Part shown: positions 45,749 through 56,861 of the stretch, piece after piece | Layout of the letters: each line of letters starts with the position of its first letter | Position numbering within the stretch: position 1 is the first letter of the stretch | Source: a virus | IMG/VR virus record: IMGVR_UViG_3300042453_004661 | Span: 32,001-96,000 of that record | Strand: one strand, 5' to 3' | DNA length: 64,000 nt | Position numbers and translations under genes: made by a program | Notes under the pieces: model-generated | The model's input: the letters and a program-made list of their open reading frames with translations, nothing else | What the model was told of the DNA's origin: nothing | Database searches by the model: none

Positions 45749-46537
45749 ATGCCAAGCATAAGACAGATTGAAGTCATAGGAAGGCTTACCAAGGTATCGT
45801 CAAACACGATATCTCTTTCTGCATCAAGAATAAATATTGGAGCATTTCAGTATTATACTCCATCCCTCCTTTGCAACACAAGCGTCATAGGGGCTGGAGG
45901 AGTAGACTCTGCGATTCAGTCATGGAAACTTTATTATGTCTATGTCGTAGTCACTAGCCTTAACAGGACAATCGAACTCATAGCTAGCACATCGCCTTCT
46001 GCCCCGGCAGGGTTTACTGCTTTTAGGCTTGTAGGGTATTTTGATACTATTTCATCGGGTGCGGTTAATGGAGTGGCGAATTCAATTGAGGGTGGGGTTG
46101 GCGATATCAAGTCTGCCCACATGACCGAAGTAGAATTTGTCAATGCAAATGGCCCAGGATGGATCTTGGCCGATGGCAGAAATGTAGCCGGAAGTGCGTG
46201 GGCCACAGCTAATAGCGCAACCAACATTCCTGACGCTAGGGGTATGGTATTACGGGGCAAAAATAATGGAAGAGCCGATGGAAATCAGAACCCAGCAGGG
46301 GATAAAGTTCTTGGTGAATTTGAGGGAGATCAAATGCAGGGGCATGTTCATGGGACAAATATTCATGATGATGCCGTAGGTGGGAGCGGAAGATCTTTTG
46401 GGCAAATGCAGTTTGATAATCCAAATCAAATTTTTACAACTGTTCCAATTAACGATGGAACAAATGGAAATCCCAGAACCGGACCTGAAACCCGCATGAA
46501 AAATATCACCGTAAACTATTTCATAAAAGTCAATTAA
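45749..46537 (+). CDS. Short tail-fibre / tail-collar-like protein 1
   Basis: GWILADGR...IPDARGMVLRG...QGHVH...ETRMKNITVNYFIKVN collar/tip pattern. Confidence 0.7.
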   Translation: MPSIRQIEVIGRLTKVSSNTISLSASRINIGAFQYYTPSLLCNTSVIGAGGVDSAIQSWKLYYVYVVVTSLNRTIELIASTSPSAPAGFTAFRLVGYFDTISSGAVNGVANSIEGGVGDIKSAHMTEVEFVNANGPGWILADGRNVAGSAWATANSATNIPDARGMVLRGKNNGRADGNQNPAGDKVLGEFEGDQMQGHVHGTNIHDDAVGGSGRSFGQMQFDNPNQIFTTVPINDGTNGNPRTGPETRMKNITVNYFIKVN

Positions 46538-46613
46538 ATCAATCATTAAGGTCTAGATAAGAGACCTACCCCTTTTGGGTTAAAATATAGACAGAAGATC
46601 TATAGGAGAAAAT

Positions 46614-49475
46614 ATGTCAGTTAGAGGCTCAGACGGCAAAAATTTTAGAAGGATTCCAAGGACTTCTGGCGACCGAATTCCTGCGGTCGGCATCAGAAGG
46701 CCTCGAGTTGTTTATACTGCGGTCGGGGGAGAAACCTCTATCGACCTAAATACTCTTACTCCTAGGATTTCTTACCAACCCGGCCAGGCTCAGCTTGAGC
46801 TTAAGTCTTCTTTGGGCTCAATGATTTCTGGCGTAGACTTTTTTGAAAACTCAGGAACCTCAATCGGATTCCCTACCCCGGGCCTTACTGCTGGCGAGAT
46901 TATAGAGATTACTCAAACTCTTCAGTATTCTGGAAACCTTGTTGCCCAAGTCCGTCCAGACGAATATTCCGCTATAGCAACTGCTGGTCAGACTATTATT
47001 GATGCAGACTTTTCTTGGCCACTTAATCAAAATCCAGGTAAGCGCCACGGAGCTATTCAGGTATTTATCAACGGGATACTCCAGCAAAGAGGATCTACTC
47101 AAGATTATGTAGAGACCCAGATTGGCACAAGCACCAATACCAATCGTATTACTTTGAATTCTGCTTTGATTGGTGGAGAAAATATCTCTATCATTCGTTT
47201 GTATCAGGCCATAGATGAGACTGCTGCATCGACTCAGTTCAATAATACAAGACTTACCGATATTCAAGAAACCTTTAGGACTGGATTCGAACCATATGTA
47301 GACGAGTCAGTCAACATGATCAATGTTCCTTCGACTCAAATCGTGAATCGAGCAAGGATTCCCGATCTCACTCAAGACCTGAAGGTCAGGCTTGGGATTG
47401 AGAGAGTAATGACTCAATTTGCGTATCAGCTTCAAAATGAATTTGGACCAAATGGAGAAACTGTATGGGGCATACAAAATGACTCCAGAGGGCTTGTAAG
47501 ATTGGTTGGAAGCGGTTTTGTAAACTATAATGACAGCTATGGACAAAAACCATGGTCAACAACTACAAATGACTATATTGAAATAATATTTTATGGAACT
47601 GGTCTAAACTTATTGACCAGCCTAGACAATGTCGCAAGAGATTGGCGAGTCTCTGTAGACGGTGGGACAGAAGGATCAAACATTTATTTGACCTATTCAA
47701 ATGTCTTAATAGCTACAAATAACAATGTAAACCAAACCATAAATGTGGCGAATGGGCTTACTCCAGGAATTCATACTGTAAAAATTAGACAGAATAATGC
47801 TAACGGAATTGGATTGTCAGGATATGAAGTTATCAATGCTTCATCTACATTTTCAAGCAATTTGGTAGTAAACCCAGGCGTTGCATATTCTTCTGGTCGA
47901 AAGCTTTCTCTACTTTCGCAGTCAACCTCACTTCTTAGCAAGCCAGTATCGTTAACTGGCACAAAAGGCGGTCGAGTTGTTACTTATCTTGATGTTGATG
48001 GAACAGTAAAGCAAGCCGTAAATGCGACAAATGCCAGTCAATTAACCCTCTCCTCTGCAGATCACACAAACGAAGAGGCCGTAAGGGTTTATAATTTTAG
48101 GGAGTTTGGATCTGGTAGGGCCGATGATTTTTCAATTGGCACAACCGCAACAAATTATTCCTATACATTAGATGATGGAACCACCACGCTTGTAGGCTCG
48201 AGTACCGGGACTACAGTTTTTCAGGGCGTGGATGGAATTACTTTTGCAAGCTCTGCATCATTTATTACAATCATCTTTGTTGGCACTGGGATAGATGTTC
48301 ATTTTGCCACCGACACCGGAACATCAGGACAAGTCACCGTATTTATCGATGGAATTACTGGTGGAAATATGACTTTAACTGCAGGCAATGGAATTCGATC
48401 TTACAAAATTGCCTCTGGACTTGCTTATGGAACTCATACCGTTAAGATACAAAGAAATACAGCGACGAACTTTACTGTTCCAAGGTTCACTGTGTATCAG
48501 CCGAAAAAGCCGTCTATTCCTACTGGATCGGCTGAGCTTGCTGACTACAATGTAATGGGAAATTATGTTAGCGCAATTCAGAGTGGGCTAATAGACACCA
48601 TATCTTCAGGCGTCCTGCACAAACAGTCTACAAGAGAAGCCGCATATGTTGGGACTTGGTCAGCATTTTACGCTTCTCCAAATGTAATTGGCGCTCAATA
48701 TACCTCATCTAGCACAATTGGTAACTATGTAGAGTATACATTCTATGGAACTGGGGTAAATATAATTGCCTCTGGCGGGACTACAACAATTCAATTAGAC
48801 GGATCAAACTATACAGGATCGGCAACTGCTGTAGGTACGGGATCTTCCTGGACAGCCGGGACCAGCACATGGGTTGGAGCATCAACAAATGGAGCTGGCT
48901 TAATTATTTCTGGGCTTAACTTAAAGCTTTGGAGGATTAGGATCACCCTATCTGCAGCTACTGCATTCTTTTTCCATGCAATCCATGTCATTACTCCAAT
49001 ACACGCAGTCGCATCGACTATTCCTGCCGAAGTTCAAAATGCACTTCCTGTGGGAAGCTGTTCTCTTTCAGACTCAAGAGCTGTTTCTCCAATTAAGTCT
49101 GAAAAACAAAAAAAGAATTGGGCTCAAGCGGTTGGGGTTACAAGCAGCCCCACAACTACCTCGACCACTGCCGTCCCGTTAAGGGATATGAGTTGCACAG
49201 TCAGAACAAATGGCGGTGATTTAATAATTAGCTATTCCGTAGTTCTTGGGAATAGCAATACTGTCTCTCCAGCAATAACTATTTGTTTAAATGGTGTTCA
49301 ACTCAGCGGAAAATATGCAGGCAACAATGCCATGGGGTCAATTTTAATTTCTGATATTTTACGCATTTCGGTTTCGCCTGGAGTTCATAAAGTAGATCTA
49401 TACTGGGCAGCTGGCCCAGGCGCTACTGTTACCGCAAATGGAACAAACAGAACCCTGCTTGTAGAAGAGGTATAA
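46614..49475 (+). CDS. Tail fibre / receptor-binding protein with carbohydrate-binding-like domains
   Basis: Repeated xFyGTG...VSVDG...GLxxGxHTVKI jelly-roll modules; IQVFINGILQQ..DYVE module. Confidence 0.6.
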   Translation: MSVRGSDGKNFRRIPRTSGDRIPAVGIRRPRVVYTAVGGETSIDLNTLTPRISYQPGQAQLELKSSLGSMISGVDFFENSGTSIGFPTPGLTAGEIIEITQTLQYSGNLVAQVRPDEYSAIATAGQTIIDADFSWPLNQNPGKRHGAIQVFINGILQQRGSTQDYVETQIGTSTNTNRITLNSALIGGENISIIRLYQAIDETAASTQFNNTRLTDIQETFRTGFEPYVDESVNMINVPSTQIVNRARIPDLTQDLKVRLGIERVMTQFAYQLQNEFGPNGETVWGIQNDSRGLVRLVGSGFVNYNDSYGQKPWSTTTNDYIEIIFYGTGLNLLTSLDNVARDWRVSVDGGTEGSNIYLTYSNVLIATNNNVNQTINVANGLTPGIHTVKIRQNNANGIGLSGYEVINASSTFSSNLVVNPGVAYSSGRKLSLLSQSTSLLSKPVSLTGTKGGRVVTYLDVDGTVKQAVNATNASQLTLSSADHTNEEAVRVYNFREFGSGRADDFSIGTTATNYSYTLDDGTTTLVGSSTGTTVFQGVDGITFASSASFITIIFVGTGIDVHFATDTGTSGQVTVFIDGITGGNMTLTAGNGIRSYKIASGLAYGTHTVKIQRNTATNFTVPRFTVYQPKKPSIPTGSAELADYNVMGNYVSAIQSGLIDTISSGVLHKQSTREAAYVGTWSAFYASPNVIGAQYTSSSTIGNYVEYTFYGTGVNIIASGGTTTIQLDGSNYTGSATAVGTGSSWTAGTSTWVGASTNGAGLIISGLNLKLWRIRITLSAATAFFFHAIHVITPIHAVASTIPAEVQNALPVGSCSLSDSRAVSPIKSEKQKKNWAQAVGVTSSPTTTSTTAVPLRDMSCTVRTNGGDLIISYSVVLGNSNTVSPAITICLNGVQLSGKYAGNNAMGSILISDILRISVSPGVHKVDLYWAAGPGATVTANGTNRTLLVEEV

Positions 49476-49476
49476 A

Positions 49477-49848
49477 ATGGTTTTTGATATTATTTATCCA
49501 TGGAAATCTTACAAAATTCATCTTCCATCTCTTCATATGTTGATGAAGTCATCCGTAAAGGGATACATTGGCATGTCTGCAGATGATCGTTTGACAATCC
49601 ATTTGTCAGAAGAGCCGTCTGATCTAATGAAAGATCGAGTTCAGATGATGATGGACGCCCTCAATGAAGAAGAAGAGTCTCAAAAGATTGAACAAGACAA
49701 AAAGCGTGACGAAGCCCTTAAGATGGCCAAGAATGAAATCACAAATATGTTTTGGGATTCAATGATTCCTGCAGAAAGAAAAATAGTCATGGGCCATAAT
49801 CTCGAGATTTCTGACTTGGACGATCTCGTAAAAAAATACATCAAATAA
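49477..49848 (+). CDS. Hypothetical protein (possible fibre chaperone)
   Basis: 123 aa helical protein immediately after a fibre gene. Confidence 0.5.
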   Translation: MVFDIIYPWKSYKIHLPSLHMLMKSSVKGYIGMSADDRLTIHLSEEPSDLMKDRVQMMMDALNEEEESQKIEQDKKRDEALKMAKNEITNMFWDSMIPAERKIVMGHNLEISDLDDLVKKYIK

Positions 49849-49864
49849 TTTTTAGGAAGAAAAT

Positions 49865-52048
49865 ATGTCTCAAGGACCAAAGAGCTTATATGATGATCAC
49901 CTTCAAACTGTCACAGAGATAGTTGAAGACCTAGGTCTTGTTAGCGGAACTGTTGGGCCTCCTGGCCCTGTTGGTCCCGAAGGTCCCGAGGGCAAGTCTG
50001 CATATGAAGTTGCAATCAGCCCTCCAAATAATTTTCAAGGAACCGAAGCGCAATGGCTAGAAAGCCTAAAAGGCGAAAAAGGCGATGAAGGCAAGTCTGC
50101 TTATCAGATTGCGATCAGTCCCCCTCATAATTTTCAAGGAACCGAAGCGCAATGGCTTGAAAGCCTTGAAGGCAAGTCTGCGTATGAAGTTGCAGAGTCT
50201 ATTGGAGCGCCAAATACAGGCACTGAAGCTGAATGGATTGCAAGCTTAAAAGGCGAAAAAGGCGACAAAGGCGACAAGGGAGACCAGGGCGAAATCGGAC
50301 CTATCGGACCCCAGGGTCCCGAAGGCGGTCCTCCCGGTCCAGAAGGCCCTGCGGGCCCTGCTGGAGAAGATGGTCTTTCTGCATATGACATTGCCTTTGC
50401 TCTTGATTCATCAATTGGAGGCGAATCTCAATGGATTGCCAGCTTAAAAGGCGAAAAGGGGGACAAGGGCGACCAAGGCTTTATGGGGCCCGCTGGCCCG
50501 GATGGGCTCTCTGCATATCAAATTGCACAACAACCTCCTCATAATTTTGTAGGAAGTGAAGCAGACTGGTTGGAAAGCCTTAAAGGAGAAGCGGGGTCGG
50601 ATGGACTTTCTGCATATCAAGTCGCATTGGACAATGGGTTTGAAGGAGATTCAGTCCAGTGGCTTGAAAGCTTAAAAGGGCCAAAAGGCGACCAGGGTGA
50701 AAAAGGCGACAAAGGCGACCAGGGCTTTGCGGGGCCTGCTGGGGCAGAAGGACCTTCTGCATATGACATTGCCTTTGCTCTTGATTCATCAATTGGAGGC
50801 GAAGCCCAGTGGCTAGAAAGTTTAAAAGGACCAAAAGGCGATGAAGGCGATATAGGCCCTGCCGGGCCAAAAGGCGACCAGGGCGATCCAGGACCAGTGG
50901 GGCCAGTAGGTCCAGCCGGGCCAGCAGGGCCAGCAGGAGAAAAAGGCGATCAGGGCGATCCTGGACTTTCTGCATATCAAGTTGCAGTAGCAAATGGCGA
51001 TCCAAATACAGAAACCGTATCGCAATGGCTTGAAAGCTTAAAGGGTGAGCAGGGTGAAAAAGGCGACAAGGGCGATCCAGGAATTCAGGGATTGCCCGGA
51101 AGCGTCGGCCCTGCCGGACCAGCAGGAGAAAAAGGCGATCCAGGCGATGACGGGCTTTCTGCATATGAGATTGCAATCAGCCCCCCAAATAATTTTCAAG
51201 GGACTGAGGCCGAATGGCTTGCAAGTCTTAAAGGCGAAAAAGGTGATAAGGGTGACGATGGAGATGTAGGCCCAGCGGGTCCAGTCGGGCCACAGGGTTT
51301 GCCTGGAAATGTTGGACCAGCAGGGCCAGCAGGAGAAAAAGGCGATCAGGGAGACCCGGGACTTTCTGCATATCAGATTGCGCAACAGTTTCCTTATAAT
51401 TTTTCGGGAACCGAGGCAGAATGGCTTGCAAGCCTAAAAGGCGAGCAAGGCGATGTGGGGCCAGCCGGACCAGCGGGGCCAGCCGGAGAAGTTGGGCCAG
51501 CGGGACCAGCGGGAGAAAAAGGCGACCAGGGCGATCCAGGTCAGCCATTTACAATAGCAAAAATATATGCATCCCTAGGCGATCTTCAGGCTGATACTTT
51601 TCCTTCAGGAATATTGCCGGGTCAGTTTGCAATCGTATCTTCAAATGTAAACGATCCCGACAATGCCAAGCTTTATAGATGGGATGGGATTCAATATACA
51701 TTTATTGTAGACATGAGCGGAGCCCCCGGGTCTGGCGGAGGATCTGGCTCTTCCATGTCCGTAAATGGATTGATTGAAGATCCAAAAGTAAAAAGCTATG
51801 TGTTGATTCAGTCTGCTCCATCTTCTGGAACAATAACCTCGTTAAAAGCTCAGACATCAAGCGGTAGCTGTACTGTCCAAATTTACAAAAACAGTGTGGC
51901 GCAATCTGGATCTACACTTGTTGTTGATAACCTAGTAGAGGCGTCTTTGGTATTGTCTATTGCTGTAGCAGAAGATGACAATATTGCCTTAGTCGTAACG
52001 GCTACTACATTTGCTGAAGACTTGTCTTTTAGCTTAAAAATCATATGA
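49865..52048 (+). CDS. Collagen-like fibre protein
   Basis: Gly-X-Y tracts ([15 protein letters not shown]) interrupted by ten G(K/L/P)SAYxxA...WL(E/A)SLxG modules. Confidence 0.85.
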   Translation: MSQGPKSLYDDHLQTVTEIVEDLGLVSGTVGPPGPVGPEGPEGKSAYEVAISPPNNFQGTEAQWLESLKGEKGDEGKSAYQIAISPPHNFQGTEAQWLESLEGKSAYEVAESIGAPNTGTEAEWIASLKGEKGDKGDKGDQGEIGPIGPQGPEGGPPGPEGPAGPAGEDGLSAYDIAFALDSSIGGESQWIASLKGEKGDKGDQGFMGPAGPDGLSAYQIAQQPPHNFVGSEADWLESLKGEAGSDGLSAYQVALDNGFEGDSVQWLESLKGPKGDQGEKGDKGDQGFAGPAGAEGPSAYDIAFALDSSIGGEAQWLESLKGPKGDEGDIGPAGPKGDQGDPGPVGPVGPAGPAGPAGEKGDQGDPGLSAYQVAVANGDPNTETVSQWLESLKGEQGEKGDKGDPGIQGLPGSVGPAGPAGEKGDPGDDGLSAYEIAISPPNNFQGTEAEWLASLKGEKGDKGDDGDVGPAGPVGPQGLPGNVGPAGPAGEKGDQGDPGLSAYQIAQQFPYNFSGTEAEWLASLKGEQGDVGPAGPAGPAGEVGPAGPAGEKGDQGDPGQPFTIAKIYASLGDLQADTFPSGILPGQFAIVSSNVNDPDNAKLYRWDGIQYTFIVDMSGAPGSGGGSGSSMSVNGLIEDPKVKSYVLIQSAPSSGTITSLKAQTSSGSCTVQIYKNSVAQSGSTLVVDNLVEASLVLSIAVAEDDNIALVVTATTFAEDLSFSLKII

Positions 52049-54153
52049 AGTACATATACATTCCAAAAGTATACAATTCTTTAAGGATTTCTAATCGAGT
52101 AAATAATCAGCCCTCGGGAGCCGGGGCAAACCTCAATAAGACACTTGCAAGGGGAATTAGAATTTCTCCGACCATAGGGCTTGGAAATAATAATCAAATA
52201 AGTTTTAGTTTTTGCATAAGACCAGCCTTTTTTTCAGAACTTCTTAGGCTATATTCGGTTGCTACTGGGGCTATGGCGCAAAATCTATCACTGAGTGATG
52301 GGTCGATTGCGACAACCGGGATCGGCTTTTCTGCAATTTCATCAAGAAGCGATGGCTCTACTTTATCTCAAATAAATATAAATAACTCACTTGCCGATAC
52401 AGAAAAATGGATAACAGTATTGTTGACAATTGATGCCGTTCCAGCGACAAAGACAATGAGTCTATACATAAACGGCTATCTATTTAGAACAGTCACTACT
52501 ACAACAAGCTTTAACTATACATCTAGTTTTTTAGAGTCTTATTTTTTAACAAGCTTTATAGGGACAATAAGAAGTTTTCAAATTTGGAATTCTTTTTTTA
52601 ACTCAACCGAAGCTTTAAGCCTTCATAATTCTGCGCTTGCAAGACAAGAATCTTCATTCCCCACCATTTTTTCTTCAAAAAATCTAAGACAAGGATTCAT
52701 TTTTGAAAGCAACAAAATTACTAAGGGTACAAATTCAATTGATATTTCATTAAATGATTGGACAACTCCAGCGTCAGATCCACCCGCACTTTCGATTACG
52801 GCAACAACAACATCCGGAAATACAACAATTAGTGGAATAACAAGCACAACAGCTATTAAAGTCGGAATGGTTGTGTTTGGGTCTGGAATACAGTCAGCAA
52901 CTAGAGTAACATCAGTTGCAGCGAATTCAATAGTTGTATCAAAAGCTCCAACAGCATCCGCAACTGTAAGCTTGAATTTTTATCCAAGAAATATTTGGAA
53001 ACTTGGATCTTTCTATTCATCTATTACTGGAGGAAATACTCTTTACATATCATGTGATGATGGCTCAACTGCTGGATATGTGGATGGCACTACGGCATCG
53101 TATGTGTATAAAGACATTGCCGTAACATCTAGCGCATCGATTCTTTCTCTAAAATGTTTTTTACCAAGAGAAAGCTCATCGGCTGATTTTTTTAAGATTT
53201 TGATTTCAAATACTAGCTTTGCGCCAGTTAATGATACTGAATACAATGCCTCTTTGCCTAATGGTGGATCTTATGGAAATGCTAACATATTAAAACAAAG
53301 CATGAATTTTGTTTATGATGGATATGGGGGTCATGGAAGGCCAAACGATGAAAAAACAATAAATTACGACCTAAGCGATTATGAAGGGCAAACGGTAAGA
53401 GTGATTTTGTGTTTTCGTGCAGACACTTCAATTAACTCTATAGATGGCACAGCGGGCCCGGTTGCTGTATTGTCTGCAAAAATGATCGAAAAATCCACAA
53501 TCGAAGGAATTATTTCTAGAGATTCTTTGGGTCAGCTTATTCCAAACGGAGATTTTGAGCAAGGCACTACTAATTGGAATTTTGCAAATCAGACAAATGC
53601 TTGGGTTATTGGTCCTGCTGATAAGCTTTATAGAAATAGAGCTTTATACATATCTTCAGACAACGGCATTTCTTCTGCCTATAACGCAAGCTCTGTATCT
53701 ATTTCTCATGCATGGACAAACATTACCCTTTCGGACTCTAATCCAAGAATAAAATTTGCCGTTAAAGCGGGAGGGGAAGGGTCTCCTGGAGCTTTTGATT
53801 ATTTAAAAATTCGTGTTGTAAGCGATCCTAATAATTCATTCAGCGCTTCCAGCCTAGCGAGTCCGGTAGCAGGAACTCTTGCTATATCCGGGACCTCAAT
53901 ACACGATCAGAATATAAACCTAACAAGTGGCTGGACACTATATGAAATAAATCTTACCGGACTTTTTTTACAAACTTTTGGTGTTCGACTTGTTTTTACT
54001 TGGGTAAATGACTCAGGTGCAGCAACTCAGCCGGGGGCCGTAATCGATGGCGTGTCTGTGTCAAATAACTCAAATGTATCTATGGGTCCATATGAGCCAA
54101 TAACTTTACCAATGATATTTAATTTTATGGAGTTTACGGATGATGCTCCTTAA
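52045..54153 (+). CDS. LamG/ConA-like + adhesin-like domain protein
   Basis: LamG-like W..V..T.D...MSLYING...GTIRSFQIWN; C-terminal NGDFE...ALYISSDNG...RLVFTWVND...IDGVSV jelly-roll; visibly more AT-rich than its neighbours. Confidence 0.6.
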   Translation: MKYIYIPKVYNSLRISNRVNNQPSGAGANLNKTLARGIRISPTIGLGNNNQISFSFCIRPAFFSELLRLYSVATGAMAQNLSLSDGSIATTGIGFSAISSRSDGSTLSQININNSLADTEKWITVLLTIDAVPATKTMSLYINGYLFRTVTTTTSFNYTSSFLESYFLTSFIGTIRSFQIWNSFFNSTEALSLHNSALARQESSFPTIFSSKNLRQGFIFESNKITKGTNSIDISLNDWTTPASDPPALSITATTTSGNTTISGITSTTAIKVGMVVFGSGIQSATRVTSVAANSIVVSKAPTASATVSLNFYPRNIWKLGSFYSSITGGNTLYISCDDGSTAGYVDGTTASYVYKDIAVTSSASILSLKCFLPRESSSADFFKILISNTSFAPVNDTEYNASLPNGGSYGNANILKQSMNFVYDGYGGHGRPNDEKTINYDLSDYEGQTVRVILCFRADTSINSIDGTAGPVAVLSAKMIEKSTIEGIISRDSLGQLIPNGDFEQGTTNWNFANQTNAWVIGPADKLYRNRALYISSDNGISSAYNASSVSISHAWTNITLSDSNPRIKFAVKAGGEGSPGAFDYLKIRVVSDPNNSFSASSLASPVAGTLAISGTSIHDQNINLTSGWTLYEINLTGLFLQTFGVRLVFTWVNDSGAATQPGAVIDGVSVSNNSNVSMGPYEPITLPMIFNFMEFTDDAP

Positions 54154-54168
54154 TCTATCGAGGCTAAA

Positions 54169-55026
54169 ATGCCAAGCATAAAAGGGCCGGATAGCCCTAT
54201 CAATTTAATCACAATAGTCTCTGCCAATACAGTTCAGGTTCCTGCATCTGTATCTAGTCCATTGGTCATGACTATTGCTGGCCAGCAATATAGGATTGTG
54301 TCCAACTTACTGCTAGACACTACTAAGGTAGGAGCTGGCGGTCTTGATGTCGGACCAGTATCCGCAAGCGCCTATTCCATACACCTGGTAGTTCACGAAA
54401 GAACACTTGCTCTTGTCGCTTCTTTATCTTCTTCAGCCCCTTCTGGATTTACTGCTTTTAGGTTAATAGGCCGAATGATTGTCATGAATGTTAATGGCAC
54501 ATTTAGGGTCGTATTAGCAAATACTTCACTAAACATATCTCTTTCTGACTTAAATCCAATAGGCATGGTCGTGTCGAGCATGCTGACCGAGGATCAATTT
54601 CAAAGACTAAATGGATCTGGATGGATTTTAATGGATGGCAGAAGCGTGACCGGATCTACCTATGCTAATATTACAGGTAGCAATAATATTCCTGACGCTA
54701 GAGGTCTTGTTCTTCGCGGAAAGAATAACGGAAGAGGAGATGGCGCTCAGAATCCAGATGGAGACTTTGATTTGGGATTGTATCAAGGAGATACATATGC
54801 AAGCCACAAGCATGCAATTACACTATCTCATGAAGCAAACGGAGGCAAAGACGGCTCCGGATGGCCTGCCGTAGACTTTAGCGGTCCTATAGTTTTTCAC
54901 AATGAATTTCAAGCTAGTGGAGCAGAATCGTTCAATAATGGAGTAGGAAACCCCTTGCATAATAGCGGTGGAAACGAAACCCGCATGAGAAACATAACAG
55001 TAAATCATTTCATAAGGATCAACTAA
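54169..55026 (+). CDS. Short tail-fibre / tail-collar-like protein 2
   Basis: Shares the MPSI N-domain with 45749; collar motifs; SHKH; ETRMRNITVNHFIRIN. Confidence 0.7.
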   Translation: MPSIKGPDSPINLITIVSANTVQVPASVSSPLVMTIAGQQYRIVSNLLLDTTKVGAGGLDVGPVSASAYSIHLVVHERTLALVASLSSSAPSGFTAFRLIGRMIVMNVNGTFRVVLANTSLNISLSDLNPIGMVVSSMLTEDQFQRLNGSGWILMDGRSVTGSTYANITGSNNIPDARGLVLRGKNNGRGDGAQNPDGDFDLGLYQGDTYASHKHAITLSHEANGGKDGSGWPAVDFSGPIVFHNEFQASGAESFNNGVGNPLHNSGGNETRMRNITVNHFIRIN

Positions 55027-55027
55027 T

Positions 55028-56350
55028 ATGCCAAGCATAAGAGGAACAGATACTCAAGTTACTTTAATTAGCATAACATCTTCTACTGCAATTCAGATTT
55101 CTGCATCTGTATCTAGTCCATTCTTGGCCACAATTGGTGGACAGCAATACAGGAGGACAACCCCTCTTACTTTAGACATCAGCGTTTCTGGGGCAGGAGG
55201 AATAGATACAGGAGCTGTTGGAGCAAATACTTATTTTATTTTCTTGACCGTAAACCTAGGAGGGCTCGCTCTTGTTGCTTCCTTATCGTCTTCCGCCCCT
55301 ACAGGATTTTCTGCATCAAGACTTATAGGGCGAATGGTTGTCGGATACAACGCAAATGTATTGAATGTTTTGCTTGCTAGCCCAGAAGATATTTATCAAG
55401 TTAATCTCAATGAAAAAGCTCCCAATATACTCGTAAATGGAGATATGGCAATTGCTCAAAGAGGAGTAGGGCCAACTGCCATAACTAGCTCCGTGAGATT
55501 TGTCGTTGATCGCTGGAATACATTCAGGACAACGGACGCTACTGGACTTACGGCAAGTAGACAATTAAGTGGCATCGCTTCTCTACCGTACTGCTATCGC
55601 CTACAAAGAAATAGCGGAGACACAAGCACACAAAAGCTTATTACTCTTCAAAATGTTATTACAGAAAATGCTCTTAAATATTCTGGTAAAGTCGTAACCC
55701 TAAGCTTTTACGCTAGGCGTGGCCCAACGGCTTCATCTAGCTCTCTGGCTGTTATTTTTGCTTCTGGAACAGGAACTAATCAATCTCTTAGAACTGGATA
55801 TACCGGACAAGTAACGGTTATGAGTACATCTGTTACATTGACCACTAGCTGGCAAAGATTTTCTTTTGCATTGCTTATTCCCTCTAGCTCAACACAATTT
55901 GCCCCAAGCTTTGAATATACTCCAACAGGAACTGCTGGGGCGAATGATTATTTTGAACTTACTGGAGTCATGTTAAATGAGGGTGGCATCCAAGACTATC
56001 GTGGAGTAGGCCCCAATCTTGCTGATGATTTTATAGCGTGTCAGCAATATTATGAACTAATTCAAGGATTCGTTGGATACTGCGAAGGAACTGCAACCGC
56101 CTCTATTACAGGAAATTTTGCGGTCCAAAAATGGACAGTCCCAACAATACTTACCATTGGAAGCGTGGGAATGAGGGCCCCATCAGGAGGCCAAGACTTT
56201 ACTTCTGCCTCGCCCACCATAGCTAACCAGACTGCGACTGTAAAAGGATTTTGGACTCAGGTAACTGGTTTTGCAAGTTTGCCTAATACTCTTCCAATAA
56301 CAGACAGGGTCTTTAACTCAAATATACGGGCTGAAGCCGAAATTTATTAA
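55028..56350 (+). CDS. Tail fibre protein with carbohydrate-binding-like domain
   Basis: MPSI N-domain plus NILVNGDMAIAQRG...DRW...VTLSFYAR...WQRFS...CQQYY, a common phage fibre domain. Confidence 0.7.
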   Translation: MPSIRGTDTQVTLISITSSTAIQISASVSSPFLATIGGQQYRRTTPLTLDISVSGAGGIDTGAVGANTYFIFLTVNLGGLALVASLSSSAPTGFSASRLIGRMVVGYNANVLNVLLASPEDIYQVNLNEKAPNILVNGDMAIAQRGVGPTAITSSVRFVVDRWNTFRTTDATGLTASRQLSGIASLPYCYRLQRNSGDTSTQKLITLQNVITENALKYSGKVVTLSFYARRGPTASSSSLAVIFASGTGTNQSLRTGYTGQVTVMSTSVTLTTSWQRFSFALLIPSSSTQFAPSFEYTPTGTAGANDYFELTGVMLNEGGIQDYRGVGPNLADDFIACQQYYELIQGFVGYCEGTATASITGNFAVQKWTVPTILTIGSVGMRAPSGGQDFTSASPTIANQTATVKGFWTQVTGFASLPNTLPITDRVFNSNIRAEAEIY

Positions 56351-56359
56351 GGAGAACCT

Positions 56360-56860
56360 ATGCCAGCCACACCAAAATTAAATATTACTAGATCCCTAAC
56401 TCAAGGCGATTTAAATCCTATTGGCATGGTTGTATCAAGCATGCTAACTGAAGCTCAATTTCAAAACCTAAATGGCACTGGATGGGTATTGATGGATGGA
56501 AGATCTGTGGCTGGGTCTGCCTATGCATCGGTGACAGGCAATGCCTCAATTCCTGATGCTAGAGGCATGGTATTGCGTGGTAAAAACAACTCGAGAGCTG
56601 ACGGAAATCAAAACCCAGCAGGAGATAGGGCGCTAGGCGAATTCGAAGGCGATCAAATGCAGGGGCATCATCATTCATATTTTGGTGCAAATAATACGGG
56701 CACTGGCTCTAATTCTTTTACAATTCAAAATAATATATTTGGGCCATTCACTGGAGCAGTATCTTCTCCAACAAATGATGGCACTAACGGACCCCCTCGC
56801 ACCGGAAATGAAACTCGAATGAAAAATATAACACTCAACCATTTCATAAGGATCAACTAA
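56360..56860 (+). CDS. Short tail-collar-like protein 3
   Basis: Collar motifs; QGHHH; ETRMKNITLNHFIRIN. Confidence 0.7.
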   Translation: MPATPKLNITRSLTQGDLNPIGMVVSSMLTEAQFQNLNGTGWVLMDGRSVAGSAYASVTGNASIPDARGMVLRGKNNSRADGNQNPAGDRALGEFEGDQMQGHHHSYFGANNTGTGSNSFTIQNNIFGPFTGAVSSPTNDGTNGPPRTGNETRMKNITLNHFIRIN

Positions 56861-56861
56861 T

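Noticed and set aside
49865-52048. GK|SAY motifs in the collagen protein as protease linkers
   Set aside because: They belong to the widespread GxSAY...WL knuckle motif and alternate with GLSAY and GPSAY, so the Lys is not conserved.
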